In this document: piece by piece, positions 49,401-61,300 of the stretch
Layout of the letters: every line of letters begins with the position of its first letter
Numbering within the stretch: position 1 is the stretch's first letter
Assembly: GCA_001643675.2 (NCBI GenBank)
Contig: LSRY02000049.1
Span: 620,001 to 684,000 of the forward strand
Direction: 5' to 3'
Source of the DNA: Monocercomonoides exilis PA203
Taxonomy: Eukaryota; Protista; Preaxostyla
Length of the DNA stretch: 64,000 nt
The notes under the pieces: model-generated
Told to the model about the DNA's origin: nothing
The model's input: only the letters and a program-made list of their open reading frames with translations
Databases searched by the model: none
Made by a program: the position numbers and the translations under genes

Positions 49401-52400
49401 GTGCGAAGGCCGCGCAGGAAGGATATACAACACTTATGGAGATGAAGAGCGATAACACTGAAGCAATGCGAAAGCTTGCCGTGCTGATGAGAGATGTGCT
49501 TGGAGACGAAGAAATCGCAACAGAACTGTTTGAAGAAGCCGACGAGATTGAAGACGACAATTCAATGTATTCAATGTTTTTGACAGACTCTAATCTTCTC
49601 AGCGAAGAGAGTCGCGAGTTACGTGGTACTGACTCAGCCGTGTATGCACAACAAGTGCATTCTCCATATTCCACACCACCGCCTCTGTCAGCAGTTGGTT
49701 CAATGAGCAGCAACTTCTCTTCCACCCCAGCAACTCCACCACACGCACAGGGAAATCGTTTAACTGAATCTGAGATGTCTGATGAAAACAGTGAGATTCT
49801 TAAAGAAAGGCAGAAGCAACGGGCACAGCGCAGACAGACGCACATGAAAAAGAAGAAGCATAAGACTGACTCAGCACTCGAAACTGCGTTGAAAATAAAG
49901 AAGAAAACAGCACTCCAAGCGCTTTTCCCAATCATCGTTAGCGGATTGATTTTTGTGATCTCCTTGATTGTAGCTGCGTTCGTGGTTCTTCTTGCGAAGT
50001 ATGGAGACTCTTTGGATCAGTTCGCAGATGAAAGATTGGCAATTTCTGTCACAATGGAGACTAATCAACTGTTTGAGTTTTCTGAGCACATGTTGACTTT
50101 GCACAGAATTAACGTGAGCAATCCTGAGGAGGTTGAAACGATAAAGGAATTGCTGCGTGAGGATCATGAAATGACAAAATCGCTAATTAATTCAATAATT
50201 TCTCAAGAAGATCTTTTCGCAAAAAGATCTTACACTTTCATCGATTGGAAGGAGCTATCAACGTTGTGGTTCGAGCCAGTGGTGGGAGCCAATCATATTA
50301 TCAGAAACATAGATGAGAAGAGAACTAATATTTTGTCTCTATTTACCTGGGCACACGACACTGTCGCAGAACTTTTAGAAGTGTCAACAAAGAGGCTGAA
50401 CAACATAGAATATTCTTCTTCGTCGTCTAATGATGCAAACGAGAGCTGGGAGCTTCAACCTGGATCCGATATCGGAGAGTTTCTATCGTTCGCAGGAGCT
50501 GAGATAACATTCAACACGCCTATTGGAGTAAGTGAGGAAATGAAGCATATTCTTTATCTGTACAGCAACAACATCAACAAGATGCAGGTTGATGGAGTGA
50601 TTACACAATCCATACTGTTTTTGGTTATTCTTGTCTCTCTTTTCTGGGCAACTACCTTGCCAATGATCATAGCTATGCGCTACATCGCAAAGAAGCGCAT
50701 GGGCCAAATGCATATCCTTTGTAATATCCCGCCAGACAAGGCAAACGAAATGATCCTTCGTCTAACCACAAAACACACCAAAAGCAAGCAACTTTCAGAG
50801 CAGTTAGATGCAACATCTTCAACAACGGTATCTGAAAAGGTTAAAAATGGGAGCAAGAAAAGTGCGACAAGCGAAAGTGACGATTCCGAAAAGGCAATTG
50901 ACCTTCTCAACGAAGATAGACAATCACTTGAAGAGATCAAAGAGGAGAATGAGAACACTGAATATGGAAGCAAAAGAGATAAAACTGATGATGTAGACCT
51001 CTCTGATCAAGATGACCAAAGTGATTCAAGCAGATATGGAAGCAGTGCCAGTGCGAGCGGCACTGGAAGTAGAAGTGGAAGTGATAACCGCAGCGGAAGT
51101 TCAAGCGATACGGATTCATCAGAGAATTACAGTAGACACGAGAAAAGTGATATGGAAAGTAGCTCTTCAGTTGAAAAGCATACAAAAAAAAGAGGAAAGC
51201 ATAACAGAAATCGAAACAAAAAGTCCAAAAATGAAAGAAGAAAAGAAGAAAAAAAGAAGAGATTGGAGGAAGAAATTGAAGAAGAAGACGAAGAAGCGAA
51301 AGAGGCTTTAGAGAAGCAGATGGCTCAAAGATCAGCAGATATTGATGAGAAGCTAAAGAAGAGGCTGATTGTGGTGCCATTTTCACTTCGCATACGTCTT
51401 ATCATTGGAATTGCATTGATGATGATACTCTGTGGAGGAATGTCAATAACTGGTGTGATCGGGTTTATGGCACTGAGGATGAAGTTTGGGCAGGCTATCA
51501 CCTCTTCTCAGCGCCGTGTTGTGATGATGCAAACAGCAGCTGTGTCTGGGATGCTGCTTTCAGGAGGCACACACACTGTTCCTGATACCGTTTCTGCTAA
51601 TGCCGTGTTTTTGGACAAGTGGAGTTCACATGTATTCAACAACATTTCTTTTGCCAACTCGAGAGATTCTCTGCGAGAGACATTAAAAAGGCTTTCACAG
51701 CTGATGATAACTCTGTCAGCAAGGTTGCTGAGCGGGAGCGATGCGGGGTACAACACAGGTGATTCACAATTAGATTCCGTAGAATCTCAGAGGCTTCAGG
51801 GAAAAGATGAGATGCTGAGTGAGCTTATGACAAAACCTGCATATTGTCTGATGGAAGACAAACAAATGTGTGATGCGAAGGTAAGCATCCGACTTCCTGG
51901 CGTTGTGGTGCCTTTCAATGGGATGAACGAACTTCTTACACGCTATTCGGCTGCAGTTGATGCGCTAGTGGGTGCAAAGGATGAAGAGCTGATTCTTAGC
52001 AATATTAACTTTCAGTACATCCGTCAGACTACATTGTATGATTTGAACGGCGGAATGAAGCAGATTGAAGATCATATCACTGAAAATATAAACTCAACGT
52101 GTCAATCGTACATCACAGCAATTTATGTATTATTCGCAATTGTTGTAGTTGTACTGATACTTATATCGTTCAGTTACTTTATCCCGGCTCATCATACACT
52201 GAAGCAAATGGGAGAATTATCTGCCATGTTGGATGAGATATGCCGCGAAAACACAACAGGTGCGGTTGAGTGGAACGAGGAAATGACAACTCTGGTTCCT
52301 TGCGTTGATGCTGGAAACAAGGAAATTTTAGAAGCCCTAAGCACAGTAATGGCGGCAGGGGTGGAGTCGCTGAATGCAAATACCGAGAAAGGGAAAGGAG

Positions 52401-52885
52401 CGCTTCAAATGAAGGTCAAAAAGAAAGCGTTTGATGCTGCAGACAGGCAGCAGAGGAGAGAGAGATCAACAGCCTTCTTGTTCAAAATAGCACTGAACGA
52501 GTTTTGTGCAGAGGAAATGCTGATGGAAGAAGCAAAATGCCCGAAGCACATGATTCATGAGCATCAGGCAGCACATGCACAGATGTTGAGGAAGTTACTG
52601 GAGTTTGACAGCCAGTTTTTGAAAGAACCTTTGCAGTTGTCTCTTGGTGATGTGACAAGATTCTGTTCAGGCTGGATCATTCCACACATCAAAACACTTG
52701 ATGCAGAACTTGCACCATTTTTGCTTCGAAACCTTCCTGCTGATGCACTTCAAGCGCCTACAGAAATGAGTATGATGGACCCTGAGCATGCACCGATTGG
52801 TGTCTGGATGCGGAGTGACAAGGCAACATTTGTTGAGCGACACCAGTTTGAATCTATGAAGAAAAGGATCAATTGCATTTCCTAA
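46496..52885 (+). CDS. TmcB-like multi-pass membrane protein with C-terminal hemerythrin-like domain; one in-frame TGA at 47630-47632
   Basis: Exons 46496-46599, 46651-46681, 46752-46882 and 47086-52885. The N-terminal multi-TM region ends FVW*MLPFSRAEVNGLRAGL. It is followed by a helical-repeat region (AMRKLAVLMRDVLGDEEIATELFEEADEIE), two TM-flanked extracellular domains, and VEWNEEM..VDAGNK..EFCAEEMLM..HEHQAAH..WIIPHIKTLD. Confidence 0.75.
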
Positions 52886-54447
52886 GCGCACGACCTTTAA
52901 CTCTGAATATTCATTCATATTTTTTTGTATGTTCATTTCTTATAATTTACATAAATTTCTGTATATTAATCACAAATTACTAATGTTTCAATTTTGTCTT
53001 GCGAGAACTAACTTGATTTGTGCAATTTGTGCTTCAACAGTTTATGTACTTATTTTTCTTTTCTTTAATTTATAACATCACTTCAAATTGATTTATTTTT
53101 ATTACAGTTTGATTTATAAGCTTCACTTAAAGATTAGTTGAAAAGTGAATTTTCTTTTCATTTTGATAATTTGTATATAATCTTTTTTTGATTGTTTCCA
53201 TTCATCATTTTTCCCAATATGGCTTATTCGTTTTACAAAAATGCAGTTTTTATTGTTTTTTGTACAATTTTTATTGTTGTATATCTTTTCTTTCTTTCTT
53301 TCTTTTTATTTCAATAAAAATTTTCATAAATGTTTATGCATAATTTGAGCACTTCATTCTCAGTTTTTCATTTCATTTATATCAATTGACGTTTTAAATT
53401 TTGTTCTTTTTCTTCTGGTAAAATGAAGGTGTAAACGTATGATTACTTTCCAAAAAACAAGGCATAATAATTATTATAGAACAACCATTCAATGATAGCG
53501 TTGATAATCGTTGAGCAACATTTTGCGGAATGTGATTCGAGAATGAAAAGAGCTGGTTATTTTTTGGGAAACCGATAAATTTTTAGGGAATTTATTTTTC
53601 TGAATCATATGGGGGAAAATACAGACTATCAAACCTTTTATACACAAAGCACGTGAAAATTGTTTCACTTATGACATTATTTAACGTTATCAGATTTCAA
53701 AATGAATTGGATATTCATTTCAGTATTCAATCTTCATTGATATAATTAAAAAATGTTTTGTGACATCACATGTATTTCAAAAAAGGAACACAATTTATTC
53801 AAAATTTAAATCATTATAAGTTTTTCAAAGTGTCATAATTTTTCAATGAAAAAGCAAGAAGTTAAATATATATCCCATATATTTATTAAACAATTTTTGA
53901 TAAACAATAATTAGAAAATTTCATATTCCAACAAAATACAAGTTCATATCTCTGAATCCAATTCTTGTGTAATGTTCTCCATATCTTTTTCAATTTGAGT
54001 CCAAAAGAAATCTTTGATATCATGAATTTTTTCATTGTTCCCCTTCTTTATTTTTTTTTTCTCATCTGCAATTGTTAACTGTCATTGAGTGTGCAAAAAA
54101 TTCGGACAAGATCGATTTTTCAGTAACAGTTAAAAAAATAATACTGATAATTTTTCTGGAAAAAAATTTTTCAATGTTAACTCATTTGACATTTCAGACC
54201 ATAATTTTCATGAAAATTGTCGATTGAAAAAATAATAAAATCACAGAAAAACTCAAATTCCTGTTTCTCTGATTAATTAATTATTTTGTTTGATAATATT
54301 CAGTCGACTCAAAAATGATAGTCTGCAAAGTCAAAAGAGTTTGTGTAGATAAGATACGTTTGGGAGAAAATTATTATTATTTCATTTCTTGTAGTAATTG
54401 AAAAAATGAGCTTGTCCAGGATTTTTGCACAATCCTCTGATGAAGTC

Positions 54448-54449
<2 letters not shown>

Positions 54450-54481
<32 letters not shown>
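54450..54481 (+). repeat. Poly(A) tract (32 nt), intergenic
   Basis: Direct read of the sequence. Confidence 0.9.
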
Positions 54482-54483
<2 letters not shown>

Positions 54484-55352
54484 CTCGTGATTATTTCCTG
54501 TTTTGATTTTATATAATGAAGAATTAATTGAATTTTCATATTGAACTTTTCAATTTCAGCAAATATAGAATTCTAAAATAAATAAAAACGAAATCTTTGA
54601 TTTTATTTCGTTTTAAAAATACATGTCACAAATTATTTCCTGTAATGAAAGCTATTAACCATGCCAGTCGTCACATCACTTGAAGCCTTTCCCATTCTTT
54701 CATAAATAGAATACTATCCAAACTGACAATGATTCAAACATCATTTTCGACTTCAAAATTGTTTTTAATAAATCACTTTTTTCACTTCAAATATCCAAGT
54801 CATCATTTCACTTTATCCCATCTTTCATTTTTGTTCTTCTCCACATACACTCATCAATTTCAAATGTTTTTCATCAACATTCTTTCTTTTGAAAAATCAT
54901 AGGTGAAAAGATTATGAATTCAATGCAAAAAACTATACAGCGTTCAGCTCCTTTTGAAAGATTTTCTATTTTTTTTAATATTAGAGTTTCCTTGGATGAT
55001 AACATCATAAAAACAATTATTCTAAATATCTCGCTAAACAGTTTAACTTATTCATTTATTTAAATTTATTTTGGAAAAACAAAAGGTGATATGGTGTAAA
55101 ATTCTTGCATTTATTAAAAAACCAACTATTTGTACCAAACTTTTTCCTCAACCTTATCATGATAAGTCTTTCATCCTCCTATCAATAAATGAAGGAAAAA
55201 TTATGTTAATGATAAAAATATTTGTTAGTGTGGAATGGAACAAAAATCATAAAACGAAAAATTTTGTCACATGTTAAAAATCAATTCATCAAATGCGTAT
55301 TATGCAAACAGATCAAATAAAACATATTTCAAAAGTGGAAGCAAATTAGCCA

Positions 55353-58300
55353 ATGATCACATTTTGCCTTGTTGTCCAAATTGGCTTTGTCTTTTCGGAA
55401 CAAACAAAACACCTCAACTTGTTTCTTTCTCAGAATGAAAATGGAAGTGATAGGGCATTTGGAATTGGAGTGATGCAATGCCAAAAAGGCAACAGACAAT
55501 TTCCACTGTCCGAAAGCAACCGATCCCGCATCCAATCCAACAGCCGCACTTTCCCTCCAAACACTCACCAGGTCATTTTTGAGTCAATCAATTCCACTCT
55601 CTGTTTGAGGGATGTGCAAGTTTCGGCGATTGAATACACACACATTGCCCAGCTTGATGAGCTCTCGATGTGTTCATTTTGTGCTTGTGTGATTGATGTT
55701 TTGCATTTGGATGTTCCTCTGTTCGATGTGAAGGGTGGGCTGGTGGAGATGAAGAACTGCTCGCTGCAGCCATTTGGCTTGGCACGTTGGCAGATGGGAT
55801 CGCTGTGCTCGTGTGAAGAAGGAAGTTGCCTGTTTCTGGGTCGCACTTCATTTTCATCGTTTTGTGTGGCAGGCAGCAAGCCGCTGATTGGGTCGTGCAG
55901 ATGCGAATGGGTGAGGCTTGACAACTGCCATTTCAGAAACATCACATGGGAAGGGAGGCGTGATGAGCAAGGGACAAGGAGAGAGGGTGGGGGCAAAAGC
56001 ACAACTGCTTGTGGATGCAGTTTTGAAGAGGTGTGGAACCCGATCAATGGAGGCATTCTGGCAGACTTCAATGCTGGTGGCTCGACAAGTGTTTTCAACT
56101 CGACATTCTTCAGATGCAAACAGAAATACAGCGAAGGAAAAATGGAAAGGATCGAAGGTAATGACACAGTGAGTTTTGAAAATGTGGAATGGAACACAAT
56201 ACAAACAGGTGAAAATGAAGGTGCTGTACTTGTGAAAAATGCAAATAATGTTTCAATCAAATCCTGTTTGTTTTATCAATGTTCTGGGTGGCACGGAGGA
56301 GGAGCCTACATTGCCTTCTGCTCCAATGCCAACATAGAACACACAAAATTCGAAAATTGTTCATCAAGTATATGGGGAGGAGGATTGTTTTTATATGTAT
56401 TTCAATTAGATTCGACCGCAATTATATCAGGGTGCACATTCAAAAATTGTGAAGCAGGAGCAGGTGGAGGAGGAATAAGTTTGTGTAAAAACATTTCATC
56501 TTCTGATTTGAATAATTGTTGTTTTGATAACTGTACATCAACAAAAGCTGGAGGATTAATTGTTGGAGAAGATAACTATATAAAACTCAAAGAAATTGTA
56601 TTTCGAAGATGCACCACTCAGTCGAATATTGGAGGTGGTGGCATATTATTGTATTATTACAAAAACAAATCATTGAATTGTTCGATTTTTGTTGAATTTT
56701 GTTTCTTTGAGAGCAATTCAGGAAACAATGGAGATTTGAGTGTGAGAGGATGCGATGTGTATGGGTCATCAGATTGGAATGGGTTTGTGAAAGAGGGAGA
56801 CTTCAGATACTGTGTGTCTGTGAGTGAGGGAGCAGTGAAGCTGTATCTGTCAGATCTGGGAGACAAGAGCAAGTGGCTGGAGCCGTGCCACAACCCGATT
56901 GTGGTGAGCAGCAGCACAGGGACAGACCATGTGACATGTGGGCATGAGAGGGATGAAGGGTCATATGCGAAGTGCAGGACAATAGGGTTCACGATTGGGG
57001 TGGTGAGAGGAGACGGCGAGACAGTGGGGAATGTGTCTGTCGAAGAAGGGGAGTATTATGAGGAGGGGATGAGGATCGAAGGGAAGAGGCTGAGGATTGG
57101 GAGTGTGTCAGCAGAGAGGAAAGGAGTGGTGCACACGAGGGACTGCAGGGGGTGGCTGTTCTGGGTTGGGGATGGGTGGCTGGGGCTGCTGGATCTGGCG
57201 ATTGTGCATGATGGGGCAGAGGGGTCGAGCAGTGGAGTGTGCTGTGTGAGCGGGGCCAGTGGGCAGCTGGAAGTGAGTGGATGCGAGATCAGTGGGGGAG
57301 TGGCAGGAAGAGTGGCGAAGGAGTGTGTGATGGAGATCTCGGAAGGGGAGGCGGTGCTGAGGAACAGCTCGATGAGAGATCTGCAGATGGACGGGAAATG
57401 CGCAGTGTGGGTGAACCGTGCGAGGCAGATGAGGATGGAGGAGGTGAACATGACGTCGATGGGGAGGGTGTCAGGGAGCGGGGCGGTGGTGGAAGGGGTG
57501 CTGTCTGGGGGTGGGGAGATGGGTGTGTCGGGGGTTGTGGTGGAAGACTGCAGCGCCATGTGTGGGAATGGAGGCTGGATGAGTGTGGAGGTGGAGGAAG
57601 GGAGCAGACTTGTGGTTGGGGAGGGAGAAGCACCAACAAGGCTGACCAGATGCCGAGCAGAGAGAGGGGATGGGAGTGAGTGCGCAAACACTGGCACAGA
57701 TGCAGGCACAGGGCGAGGAGGAGGGATCCACATGTGTGTGGCAGGCGTGAAGGCAGAATATGGGTTCAAGAATGTGGAGTTTGTGGGGAATGAAGCAGCA
57801 CATGGAAAGGATGTGTTTGTGGTGTCGCCGTTGCTGGGGGAGTGTGTGACGCGAGAGCGATTTGGATTCTTCAGTGTGGCGAATCCGTTTGGTGAGGAGT
57901 GTGCAGAAGGGGTTGACACGAGGTGGGGGTCGGTGGTGATCCCGCTGGTGTATTATCTGAAGGAGCGAGAGGGGAAGGTGAGTGTGGGGAACAATGGGCA
58001 TGATGTGCCGGCGTGTGGGTTTTACGAGTATGAGTGCCTGAGTGTGGGATACTCGAAGAGGCAGGCGAAGAGCAGGTGGGATGTGAGGGTGAAAGGGCGA
58101 TACGACTTTGTTGAGAGCGTGAGGGTTGCGCCAGGGGAGGAGCTGATGATTGGGGGAGTGGATGGTGAGGAGTGTGGGATGGTGATGAAAGGGGACGGGA
58201 GCGGGGACAATGGGATGGTTGAAGTGAGTGGGACAGGAGTGGTGGCGATGGTGGAGCTGGTGATGGAAGAGGGGCTGAAGGGGGACGAGTGGTGTGTGTT

Positions 58301-61300
58301 CCATGTGGAGGGGAGTGGAGATCTGTCGGTGGATGAGTGCAGAGTGTGTGGAGATGGGTCAGTGGAGAAGGTGGGGTATGGGGTGTTCTGTGTGAGTGGA
58401 GGGGGTGTGACAGTGACGAATGTGGTGCTGGACGGGCTGGGGTTCACAGAGCGAGGGTTTGTGGAGGTGAGTGGGGAGACAGCGGGAGGGACGATTGTGG
58501 GGCTGAACGTGACGGGTGGGGCAGGGAGCAGAAAGGGGGTGATTGTGAGCAAAGGGGCGAAGAAGATGGAGGTGAAGAAGATGAATGCGAGCGGGGTGTG
58601 TGCGAGGGAAGGGAGCGGGGCAGTGATGGAAGCAGTTGTGAAGGATGGGTGCAGGCTGACAGTGGATGGGGGTGTGTTGGAAGGGGTGTGTGAGAAAGGG
58701 GATGGGGGAGGGATGATGGTGGTGATGGAAGGCGGGGGGCGTGTGGAGGTGGGGAAGAGCGAGAGTGTGGGTTTTGAGGGGTGCAGTGCACAGAGGAAGG
58801 ACGGGGCAGGAGGGCATGGAGGAGGGATGATGATGAGAATAGAAGGGTCGGATGGAGACTTCAGGCTGGAGAGACTGAGGTTCAGCGGGTGCCAGGCGAG
58901 TGTTGGGGGAAAGAATGTGTTTGTGTGCGGGGCAGACTTTTCGCAGGAGATTGAAAGAGCAAAGTTTGGGTTTGTAGAATCGTATGAGAACACAGAGGAG
59001 ATTGGGGGTTATGAAGACGGGGACGAGACATGGGTGGTTCCGGTTGTTCTGTACTTGCGGGATGCCCCAGAGGAAATCCGGGTGGGGGGCGAGAGGAGCA
59101 GGGACTTTGGCCGATGTGGGTATGAAGGGTTTGAGTGCCAGTCAGTGGACTATGGGGTGGGGCTGTGGGGCAGAGGAGCAGGTGTGAATTGCGTGGTGAC
59201 ATCGCCTTCGTGCGTGAAAGGAGAGATGGTTCTGGAAGAAGGAGAATACAGAATACGAGGAATGGGAGTGGGCAGTGAGGTGGAAATGATGCAGAGCGAG
59301 GGTGCTGGGGCAGAGGGCACTGTGGAGAGCAGCGCACAAGTGACAATCGAAAAAGTGGTGTTTGTGGCTCCAGCGCAGAAAAAGGCGAAGGATGCGCTGA
59401 TCCACACGACTGGTGGGGAGATCAACATCCGGTTGTGCTCGGTGGGTGTCTGCAGTGGCGGGAGCAGCGAGCAGAGCAGAGAGCTGAAGCACACATTCCT
59501 GTGCATCTCGGGTGGCCGGCTGGTGCTGGAGGAGTTCGAGCTCACAGCCATTGCCGCAGCATCGGTGCCAGTTGTTGTTGTTGAGGATTCTGGATGTGGG
59601 ACGATTGAGCAGTGTCTGTTCAGTGGGGTGGGCAAGGCACATGCTGATGGGCTGATATTGAATGGGGCACAGGGGATGTGCGAAGTGAGCAACACGACGA
59701 TGTCGGGGCTGTCCCTTTCAGAGGGGTGCGGGATATGTGACCGTGGGGGGAAAAACATGGTTGTGAGGAATTGCACAATGAGCGAGGTGACAGCCACAAA
59801 GGGGAACGGATGCTGTGTGCGAGGTGTGGTGTCGAGTGGCTGTGCGCTGGAGATGTTTGATGTGCAGATGGTGGGGTGCTGGACAGAGCGTGGGAATGGT
59901 GGAGGAATACATGTGGAAATGGAGGGAGACGGCAGTGTGCAAGTTGGGAAAGTGGGGATAAGGACATTGTTTGAAGGGTGCTGTGCAAGGGATGGGAATG
60001 AGATTGGGGGATACGGAGGTGGGGTGGCACTGGTCAGCAAGGGGAACCTGTCGTCGTTTGTTGTTGCCGATGTTGTGTTTGGGGTGAACGAAAAGGCAAA
60101 CCACGCATCGAAAGGCGGGGACAACGTGTTTGTCTGGGGAGAGAATCTGTCGCGGCTGATAACAGACGAGTTGATGCAGTTTGAGTTTGACCGAGAGACG
60201 AAGGCCACGTTCAGGGAACTGGAAGGGGAGGAGGTGGGGGAGGGAGGGGAGGTGAGCGCTTTTGTGCCGCTGGCTGTGTTTGTGGTGGAGTTCAGAGGAA
60301 GTGTGCATGTGGGGGGAGAGAGCGGAGTGGATTATCGGATATGCGGGCTGGAGGTGTATCCATGCTCGACAATCAGGTATGGGTGCGCGCTGAGGTTTGG
60401 GGCAGCACAGGCATCGGTGAGGCTGATGCCCACGTTTGTCTTCAACAGCAAGCTCACGCTGGCTGAGCGGAGCATCGAGTTTGAAGCAGCTGTGGCGGAA
60501 GAGGCCATCCAGATAGACACATCTGGGATTGGGGCAGAGGGGTGGTTGGTCGAGACGAGCAGCGCCATATCATTCTCGCGAATACACTTCTCGGTAAGTT
60601 CTTCAGGTGCACGTTGCTCGAGTGCGGGGCTGAACCAGCACACTGGGGTTGCAGCAGAAAGAGCGGAACACGAAGGGATGCCCAACACAGGTGGCCACAA
60701 ATGTGTGTTTGTGTGTGCGGGGTCTTCGCTGACAATATGCAGCTGCTCGGTACAGATGAAAACGGCAGATGCAGTGCTGGATGCACAGCTGATCAGATGT
60801 GTTGGGGGCACACTGAGCATCAGCGGGCTGAGCATGAGTTCGATGACCACAAGAGAGCCGCTTGTGGTGATTGACGGAGATGAGTGTGCAGGGGTGATGG
60901 AGGGGCTGGAGATATATGGATCGAAAAACGAAGGAGAAGGAGGAGGCAGCCTGGTGGAGATAAAGCGCACAAAGAAGATGGAGATGAAGCACTGGAGAAT
61001 GAGCGGGTGTGTGCAGGAGGACAGCAGCGGGCTGAAGATAAGCGGAGGGATGCTGGTTGAGGTGTGGAATGTGACGGTTGAGGAGCTGCAGAGGACGAGG
61101 GGAATGGCGGGGTTGTGGTGTGCATGGTTGGGGAAGGGGAGACAAGGAGAATGCGGAACTGCACGTTCTGGAACAGCAGCTGCGAGGAAAGCGGGTCGAA
61201 GGGAGGCGGGGTGTGGGTGAAGACAAGCGGAAGGAGCACGATGATTTTTGAGAAGAACAAGGTGGGGTGGTGCAAGACGCCGGGAGGGGAGTGGAGTTGG

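Noticed and set aside
52900-55340. 2.4-kb AT-rich intergenic region with a poly(A) tract as a possible retro-insertion
   Set aside because: No TSD, ORF or recognisable body was found next to the tract.
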